Positions 55,009-64,000 of a stretch of 64,000 nt of DNA are shown here, in pieces. Location of the stretch: NCBI GenBank assembly GCA_012295275.1, contig CM022666.1:14260001-14324000 (forward strand), written 5' to 3'. The notes under the pieces were generated by a model. That model ran no database searches. It was not told the origin of the DNA and saw only the letters and a list, made by a program, of their open reading frames with translations. Both the position numbers and the translations under genes were made by a program. Position 1 is the first letter of the stretch; the number at the start of each line of letters is the position of its first letter. The DNA is from Chrysomallon squamiferum (Eukaryota; Animalia; Mollusca).

Positions 55009-57422
55009 CCTTTTAATATAAATTCAGAATATAGTTAAGTATTCAAATATTAAATTTTTTTTTTTTTTTTTTTTAATTAATTAAAATGAGGAACCTTTTA
55101 AGTACACAAATTTGAACATTCTAATTTATATTAGTATTATGTTATTAATAAGTAAAAGAAACAGTTATTAAGATTTAAGTTTATTAATATTTTGTATTGT
55201 GTTTAACAAGAACTCATTATATGCACACAAACACAGGTTTAAATTATTAAATTACAAGCAAGCTACTATTAAGTATGTAAATATGAGCATTCTCTTTTAT
55301 TAAACCTTTATTATTTTCACCCACCAGCTTTAAAAACTAAAAGCAACAGAAACTAAATATAATAATAAAAACAAAATAGAAGTTTTTAGGAATATAAGTG
55401 TGAGATTTCTAAATGCATCAGAAACTTGAAACAATTAACTTAGTATGGATTAGTGAAAATTTAATGATGTTAGGATGATGTTGTCCCATTTTCTTATGAT
55501 TTTTAAACGATATAGTATGAGAAAGAAAACCTGATTCCATTTCACCAGTGAGTTACTATTGCACAATAGTAATAAAGAATATTTTAGTAATAAATGCACC
55601 TCTCCATAGAAAGCACATAAAAGTCTTTGATATATACCAGTTCTGGAGCACTGGATGAAACTGGATTAATTAAGAAGATAATACTGATCTTATAATCCTT
55701 CACGCCTCTTGCAGAGATAAGAGTTATTGTTATAAACAGCCAGTACACCTTAATTTATGATGTAGATTTATAATCATTATTTTAGTAAATGTCCAGTTCA
55801 TAAATAATCCTTTATATCTATACATCTATCGTTATATATATATATATATATATATAGACAGACAGACAACAGACAGACACTGGCAATAGTACAGTTGTTA
55901 CATTATTTTCAGTTTGCATTTGTGTTCTGTAAACTTTATTTTTTGCTTTTTTTAATTATTATTTTAATTTTTTTATAATGTTACCTCTTTAATGACAACT
56001 TTGTAACATTATTTATAGCTCTTAAGTAGAAATGTTTGTTTTTTTGGTTAAATGCAACTGTGGAGATCTCTAGTATGTGGGAATGTTACTTTTTTTCTCA
56101 GTAGTTAATGATGCTATTCAGCAGAATGATATCTTTGAGTACAGGATGAATATCCAGTTGGTCACATACCCACAAAACATTTTTACCAGTTTTCATCATT
56201 GTTTTCCGAAGCATGTCTCTGCACATAGCTTCCAGTGACAAAATCTCTTCATCTTTTGATAAATATTTCTTAAAAGGAAAAATTCCCGATCCGGCCTGTA
56301 TATCTTCACATATGCAAGCAGACATTTTTTTCAGGATAGTAGAGTAAGAGGTGGTGTCAATATTCGATTCGTTTAAATGCAGTTCACCCCAGCTATTCAC
56401 GGGCAGATAATTCCCATGAGCTGATATGACGAGGGAAGTAACTCTTGCATCCAGTTCGGGGTTGCCAGATTTGGCATGAACTAGTTTAATAAATGCGTCT
56501 TCCACCACTGTTTGGTCATTGCCGTACGTTGTCTTTGCCCCTTGTTTCAGCAGAGCCAACACTATAGCAAACCTGCTCCCATTAACAGCTGTACACAAAG
56601 GAGTTCTTCCCTTTTTGTCAGTGACATCAATGTCTACACCTGCCTCGATGAGGTAATTCAGCAGTTTCTTCTGTCCATAGCTTGCTGCAACATGCAGTGG
56701 CGACAAACCGAATTCATCTTGGATGCTTGGGTCACAACCGGCTTCAAGAATGGCATAGGCTGCTGTCCTCTTGTTGTAAATGATAGCCTTGAGAAGTGGG
56801 GTTCGGCCCCAGTTGTCCTGAGCATCTAGAGACCTTTTGTTGTGTGTCAGAGATTCCAAACAGTTGTTGGAACCAGTTTTGGCTGCAAGATGCAGGGGGA
56901 TTTCTCCAGAACCATCTTGTGTGAGAGGGCTGCAGCCGATGGAAAGAAGAAAGTTAACGCACTTGTAGCAGTTGTTGAGTGCAGCAACGTGTAAGAGTGT
57001 CGTGTTGGTGCGAGGACATTTAAGGTCGGCGATGCCCTTCTTGGTGTTGTAGTGATACCAGCGCAGACACACAACGTCGTCCCGTGAAGCCGCTAAAAAA
57101 ACTGTGTGACTAATGTCAGTCTTTGTGTTTTCACTATTGAAAACTTTGATGACTTTACTGCCACTGTTTGATAGAGCTGAGAGTACAAGACCCATAGTGG
57201 AACTATTCCAGATTATCTGAAAGTACAAACAGTTTACACCCAAATACTGTGTGTGTCATAACTTCATGCAGCAGATTTTAACCTGGACTAAGAGATTTGA
57301 AAAAAACAACAAAAATACTTCATATTTAATTATTAGCTGCCAGATAAACCTGATAATGTAGTTAACTAAATGGAGTATTTAAATTTATAAATTACAGCCA
57401 AACGCCTGGATAATAGATAATA

Positions 57423-57465
<43 letters not shown>

Positions 57466-58014
57466 TATTTATTATTATTATTATTATTTTTTTAAATTAT
57501 AAAATGGTTAATATTTGAAATATTACATGTCTGCAAGAATCAACATATTTTATAATATAATTCCCCCTCTTCCAAAAAAATTAACTCTACTGACATTTTT
57601 AATATTTGTTAAATTCAACCTTCCTATCACATATGGAATAAACAAACAAAAAACCACATTTTTAATACCAAATGCAAACTAATGTAAAGTGTGCATACTT
57701 TGTCGTTAGTTGTCAAACAATTTTTTAAACAGCGATTACAGAGAAACCCACACCTGTTTCAATATGCACAACCTTTAAGTATTTAGCAGTAAGTGACCAC
57801 TTACGTAAACCTTCTCAGTGAGTAACACATATCAAGACTTTTATCAAAACATTACTGTCTTCAGTGCATTCAGAACATAAATCAGTCATCCAGTATGTTT
57901 CCTGTGAAATACATTAACTTTGTATTGTATTTTCAGGATATTGGAAGAAAATCTGCTCTTTCCAGGAAACAGTTACAATTATCAGCCAATAACATGCATT
58001 TATATCAGGAATAA
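50625..58014 (+). CDS. Uncharacterised multi-exon protein, ~305 aa (MDVFTQTSCSRCTSASGRTLLEEALEK...)
   Basis: Exons 50625-50975 (GC donor AAG|GCAAGT), 51624-51752, 53056-53218, 54755-54951, 57937-58014 (TAA); phases 0,0,1,0 are consistent. The start is uncertain: an acceptor (tttacgcag) ending at 50642 could mean upstream exons. The last exon is also uncertain because a second frame is open to 58087. Confidence 0.65.
54308..54762. repeat. ~85-bp degenerate tandem repeat, ~5 copies, ending in the exon 54755 acceptor
   Basis: Units tt(c/t)attaatcagttaatt...taagtaagtaaat...tatttcag. Confidence 0.7.
55590..55665 (+). mobile_element. SINE-like fragment
   Basis: agcacataaaagtctttgatataccagttctggagcactgg, with a related decayed copy at ~51990-52045 (taccatggcctttgataatccagttgtagag). 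It resembles, from memory, a core motif of gastropod tRNA-derived SINEs. Confidence 0.4.
56098..57195 (-). CDS. Ankyrin repeat and SOCS box-containing (ASB-like) protein, 365 aa, single coding exon
   Basis: About 6 ankyrin repeats (TTLLHVAA, GEIPLHLAA, GRTPLLKAI, GLSPLHVAA, GRTPLCTAV). C-terminal SOCS box: BC box ILSLEAMCRDMLR, cullin-box-like LDIHPVLKDIIL. Splice acceptor tttcag| opens the exon at 57216, and the first ATG after it is at 57195 (MGLVLS). The ORF-track start at 57243 is intronic. Confidence 0.9.
   Translation of the reverse strand: MGLVLSALSNSGSKVIKVFNSENTKTDISHTVFLAASRDDVVCLRWYHYNTKKGIADLKCPRTNTTLLHVAALNNCYKCVNFLLSIGCSPLTQDGSGEIPLHLAAKTGSNNCLESLTHNKRSLDAQDNWGRTPLLKAIIYNKRTAAYAILEAGCDPSIQDEFGLSPLHVAASYGQKKLLNYLIEAGVDIDVTDKKGRTPLCTAVNGSRFAIVLALLKQGAKTTYGNDQTVVEDAFIKLVHAKSGNPELDARVTSLVISAHGNYLPVNSWGELHLNESNIDTTSYSTILKKMSACICEDIQAGSGIFPFKKYLSKDEEILSLEAMCRDMLRKTMMKTGKNVLWVCDQLDIHPVLKDIILLNSIINY
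57805..57901 (-). other. Candidate non-coding 5' UTR exon of the ASB-like gene
   Basis: Minus-strand acceptor atttcacag| before 57901 and donor AC|GTAAGT after 57805, about 590 bp upstream of the coding-exon acceptor. Confidence 0.4.
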
Positions 58015-61000
58015 AATTCATGAAGCAGAAAGCAGAGAATGGGTGAAGAAAATAAGGACTGAAAGAGATCAACAGTGGAAATGTTAATCATCATTACTAC
58101 TGCCTGCTGCCAAGTTTATGATGTGATTTTCTTGTAAACAGACCCACTGACACACCCAATATGTATTACAATTCTGATTGTTCTGCAAATTATATGTATA
58201 TCTATATATATATATATATATATATAAGTGTATATATTTTTTGTTCAAAGTGTGTGAGATGTGAGAAACAGACAGGCAGAAGAGTGAGAGAAAGAGACAG
58301 ATATATAAAAACAGAAATACAAAGAACAATAGACCATTGGTTTGTATGTTTAATTCTGAATACTGTTCAGAAAGCAAATGACTGTTAGCATAAAATTAAG
58401 TTTTTTATATTTACTAAGTCACTGTAGGTGAGATGCATACAGATATGATGATCATCAGACTAGTACTAACAGAATCTGTGAAATATGGGTAATATCATAG
58501 TTTTAAATAAACATGCTTAGGTAAACATACAAATACATATATTCTTTTACTTTTTTCTATATGTATAATTAATGTTGACATCTGAATGACAAGTTCCATT
58601 GTTATAATAGAAAACATCACTATGTGACAACAAACACACTGAATTGTAATATGACTGTTGTTATTTAAATTTAGTTTTTCTTCAAAACTCTTTCTAATCT
58701 ATCTATCTAAAGTTTAAACTTTATGTGATGATGCCTGAAAGGTTATCAGTATTACATATTTATTTATTTATTTACAAGATTTATAATAACAACAAGAACA
58801 ATAATAATAACAGTAACAACAATTTTCACTTTTACCTTTGATTTTGTTGGACAAAGATTTATTTTCTGTCCATATTAAATTTATACTGCTGAGCCAAATC
58901 TACCATCTGTAGGTGTTTCAATGACTTCTTTATTTTTCAAACTACCTGTAAGCCTGGATACAAAGGGTAGGTAACTTGTTTTGTACTTGATTTGTAAAAT
59001 TATCTACAAATTAAATAATATACATGTATGTCTGTTTTCAAAAATTAACAAAACAATAAAAAAATGTTTTTTTAAAATTAAAAAAAAAAAAAATATATAT
59101 ATATATATATAAAAAAATCCAAGAAAATATCGACAAATAATTTAATGCTACTTGAATATACAAAAATAAATGGTAACAATAACAGTTATTTAAACCTATC
59201 CTGTTACAAAACATATGTTTTCTTCTGATATGGCAACATATAATTTCACTGGATGGTAAATATTTGTTCACATATATTTTATTAGATATATAGATGTTAG
59301 GATACATATGTGATATGAAAGATATAATGTCATGATCAATATGTGTGTCCCACAAAAAAATAATAATTAAAAAATCGTAGTTTATCACATCAATGTTTCT
59401 TAAGCGTTTAACAATTATTTGTCATTCCACATCCTGTTAAAAACCGATTTAACTTTTTTTTACTTTATCTCTTCTTATTGTGTTTGTTCATCATACAAAG
59501 ATAACTTAACACACATACTCACACACAAACACACAAACTGAAATATCTATATTTATATAATATCAAAGCAGTAAAACATATTATTTTAATGTTTAGTATG
59601 GGAGTTGCTGAAATGTGTATATGTGAGTGTGTGTGTTTGTATTTGCTGTGAATAATGTGTTTTCACCATACTTCACATCTGTGACATTAGATGGTAGTAA
59701 ACAACTCAGATTAATGTAATAAAACCCTTTCCCTGCTTTAATTAAGAATATTTCCCAACTAAATCAGTAAAACTAGTAGTTGCAGTAACTCCCTACAGAT
59801 GGCAGCACATACTGGGCTGAAATGATGATTGGGGTGTGTCTTAGGGTGTGTCCACTTCTAAAAGCATAACAAGAAGTTTTCATAAGACAGTGGGGTGAAC
59901 CTGTTTGCCACAGTAATCAAATTTTGAATGGATATATCCACTTATTTTATGAAAAAAAGGGTTAAAATATTATAACACAATCATCCTATATACAAATACC
60001 TATATCAATTCAGCAATTCTTTATCAACATTAAAATAGTATATTTTACTTAAATGGTGTTTTATTAATAAATAAATATCATGATTACAGATGTACACCTT
60101 AGGGTATTCAAGAACCCTTTGTTTTAAAAGATTTTTATATTATCAGTTATTCCACATCAAAAATGGTCTACTGACAATTCAGCAACATATTTGTTAGCAA
60201 CTAACAATAAACCTTCCATGTGAAGTATGCACTGCTAGACACTTAAACAAATAATATATGTAAATTTAAATGATAAAATGAAATAAATGAGTATAAATGG
60301 TGCATGTCTATTAGACCCAGCTGCATCAATGAAATGAGATTACTAATTAATTATTAATTTTAAATTACTGCTCGTAAGTTTGTCCACTTTAACAGAGATT
60401 CCAGATTCCTTGTGTGCTCTGATTATTGATTGTGTAGCTGTATGTAGGTAGATGTTGTATAATTAACACTTAATTTCATATTTGTTTAGTTTCATTATTC
60501 TTGTTTTCTTAATTTAAAATGACAGTTTGGTGCTAACTTACTTTATAATATTAATATTGTGCTGTTTGTGTTTTATTCATTAATGTAAGAATTTTTGTTT
60601 GACTGTTAATAATACTCCTTTATTTTATTTTTTTTTATGTTTTTTTTGTTTTTTTTTAACTTTTTTATTTTATTATATATTTTTTTTTGTTTTGTTTCAT
60701 GTTAAAGAGAAATGGTAATCAATGTTATTTTTTTGTTATGTGGTTTTGTACTGTAGGAAAGGTTAAGATTTTGCTCAACAAAGTGTTGTATGAATATCAT
60801 GTGATAGTTTTAATTTATTATAATAAAAACAAAATTTGATATGTAACAAGTGCTTGTTGTTCTTTTTCAATGTATTATGATCAGCTTATATACATATCAT
60901 GTTTAATGATTTCTCATACATTTTGTTATCTTTTTATTTTATTTATTTATTTTTTTTTTTGTTTTTGTTTTGTTTTTTGTTTTATTTTAAACCTGATAAG

Positions 61001-62023
61001 ATTATTACACAAATAATATTTAATACTTCATATATGAACAGAATTGTTTACATACATAATGATTTTACAAGAAAAGAAAACAGTGGCATCCATAATTATG
61101 TTATTCTGAACAAACGTTCATGTGTACAATTTACAAAAATAATAATAATAATAATAATAATAGGCACAAAAAAAAAAACCCAAAACTTTAGACAATTTCT
61201 TGTACCAATAACAGAACATTTTAAGATGAAACTGTTAATTCATGTTTGGTTCAGAAACAGTAGGCTTTTTGTGATCAGCTGGTTGTTTCCTCAATAAAAA
61301 TTAATTTTAGTATAGTAAATATAGTATTAATATGTTTTCATTATTTATTTATTTATTAAAGTATTTATTTATGTATTTTATTTTCAAAAACATAAGAACT
61401 GCACTGATAAATAAGATAACCAGTTAACAGCAGCATGTTTTTTTTTTTTTTTTTTATCCTTTTATTATTTATTTAACCATTTATACATTATATTAATTTT
61501 TTTTTTTTACTTTTTTAAAACAATATTACTGAAGTTAATAACAACAAAACAATATTTACATTTTTTTACAGTATACTTAATAGATATTACAACAAAAAAA
61601 AAAAAAATTTTTTTGACACGTTCATTTATTTTGTGATTACCTCTATGTTTTTTTACAGCAAAGTGCAAATAGTTGTTATTTTAAGCTGAGGACTAAATAT
61701 AAAAATCAGTATTTACCATTTATTACTGTGATGAAGAATACTTAAAACTATATTATTAAGACTAATAATAATTAAATACAACCAAAATTAATCACATTTT
61801 TTTATGTGCCAATCAGTTCATCATTACCAAACGACAGGTAGGGAAGAAAAGACAGAAGGAAGAAGGAAATGACAGAAGAAAGGAGAAATTACAAGCATCA
61901 GTACTTGCTTTCTCGGATGTTTTCTCGTCACAGCACTCAAAGGTTTTCTGGTCAAACAAAAACCAGATCACCCAAATGCTCGGATTTGGCTAAATGCTTC
62001 ATATATCTGAAATAATAATAAGA

Positions 62024-62062
<39 letters not shown>

Positions 62063-62410
62063 CCATATACCTCTACTAATAGTAGTAATAATAGAGATGA
62101 TGACTGTGACAATGATGATGATAATAATAAATAATAAAAAAGAATGATAACTGGTAAGAACAAAAAGAGAAATAAAAACCCACAAAAAAAACACTGATCC
62201 ATAATAAAAAAATATAAAAAAATTTCTTTTAATATGTACATCTCAGAGAAAGTAATATATGAACAAAAGCAGTTGGCTTGCAAGAAAGATGTGTAAAGCT
62301 AAATCTTAAGCCAATAATAATAAGAAATAAACAGTAAGGAAAAAGTCCTTAAAAGCAACTTCAGTAATACAAAAGAATAGAAATCTTGCATATTTAATTT
62401 AGAATTGTTA

Positions 62411-62462
<52 letters not shown>

Positions 62463-63208
62463 GTCACATCCAATTTATTTCATCATTTTTGACCACAATT
62501 TATTAATATAAGTAAATAAATAAGCGAATAAATAAATAAACAAACAAATAAAGAAAGAAAGAAAGAAAGAAATAATTCTGAAAAGTTATTACTGTTTAAC
62601 AAAACTGTATTTATCTATTGTTTGTTTGTTTGTTTTATATTTTTCTCATATTCTTATTTTCGATGATGTGACTTGTGTAAATTGCCCGGTCAGCATCCGC
62701 TGATTGACAAGACAAACATAACCTCGAGATTTTTATTTAAAAAATTAAAAAAACAAAACAAAAAAAAAACCAGCATAAATATATTATTATTCTGATAAAC
62801 AATATCATTAATTTATTGCTATATTTTCAGGTAAATTGAAATCGTCAAACATCTGTAATTGTTTTTGTAAAAGAAACTTCTGATAAAAATCAGCGTTCAC
62901 AAAATACTTACAGGAAGTAAAAACGTCAATACTTAACCGAAGTTAAGGTTAGGACTAAAGAAAGTACATTTCCAAAATATAAAATTATTATTTTGTAAAC
63001 AAGACGTGAGCGGAATGAATTCAGATGCATTCATGATATTCTGGTAGGTAATTTTAAATAAACAAGATTTAACAATTGATCAGGCTTAAAAAGAATTTAA
63101 AAGGTAAAACTCGGAACTGAAAGAGCCTTACATAATAATACGCGTTAAAATGTACGTTGATAAATGCATTAATCTAATTATTTTTGTCTTTTGCTTACTG
63201 AAACTGTT

Positions 63209-63257
<49 letters not shown>

Positions 63258-63464
63258 AAGACGATATTTTCATACAGCACGTGCAAAACATGTCCGTCAG
63301 CAGCCTATAACGGGACTGTGGAAATTATGTTGTGTTGCAAAATGCACGAGTTTTCGAATTAATGAAAAATAATTCATAGCTATTTTTTATTATTATTATT
63401 ATTATTTTTATTATTCTTCTTATTATTATTTTTATTATTATTTATTTATTTATTTATTTATTTG

Positions 63465-63516
<52 letters not shown>

Positions 63517-64000
63517 CCCCCCACCCACCCATTTATTAGGATATATATTTTCACACGTCTGAGTGCATTATATAGGCTGCTTCTACTTAATTCATTAATC
63601 ATAAATAATGTTGTAAATCTTAACTGCAAAATCTCCTTTACTTTTTGTATAAATTTAAATAATAAATAACTCATTCAGATCTCAAGAATTTTCGTGCACT
63701 GCAAGCACTAATTCACAATGCACGTGAAATCCGTGTTACTTCACTGCAACGAGCTACGTTTTATCCAGTGAAGTAGTAAGACATTAAATATCAGTACACT
63801 TTTTCTGGAATTCAGAATGTATTGTGTTATCTTAATTCTAGTTTTTTTTTTTTATGAATTAATACATTAAATAATAATACACTTTTTCTGGAATACAAAA
63901 TCCATTTTGTTATCTTAATTCTTTGTTTCAAATCTCCTTCATTTATATATTTATTTTGACATTTTATAAATATATGTATTGCGCATTTTCCCGGGAATAC

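Noticed and set aside
56512-57074. 105-aa plus-strand and 75-aa minus-strand ORFs overlapping the ASB-like CDS
   Set aside because: Alternative-frame shadows of the ankyrin gene
57196-57243. ORF-track N-terminal extension of the ankyrin protein
   Set aside because: It begins at a non-ATG codon and crosses a splice acceptor at 57216; the ATG at 57195 is preferred
63298-63582. Inverted pair agcagcctata / tataggctgct
   Set aside because: Only ~11 bp with no clear TSD, which is insufficient to call a MITE

Overview
AT-rich, microsatellite-dense eukaryotic genomic DNA. It is probably an invertebrate animal, and SINE-like fragments plus mosaic CpG depletion suggest a gastropod mollusc (inference). 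Almost all ORF-track entries are simple-repeat artefacts. Reading splice sites by hand gives four phase-consistent protein-coding genes. (1) An 8-exon minus-strand uncharacterised gene, 14084-28549, about 607 aa. (2) A 19-exon minus-strand ANKRD27/VARP-like VPS9-domain Rab GEF, 35426-44646, about 522 aa, which stops after the VPS9 domain and has no ankyrin repeats. (3) A plus-strand uncharacterised gene, about 50625-58014, using a GC-AG intron. (4) An ankyrin-repeat/SOCS-box (ASB-like) gene with an N-myristoylation motif, whose single coding exon (56098-57195) lies antisense inside an intron of gene 3. Several MITE-like elements, minisatellites and sharp CpG-rich/CpG-poor domain boundaries are also visible. 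No rRNA, intact tRNA, CRISPR array or autonomous transposon ORF was found. Homology calls come from recalled family motifs, not database searches.
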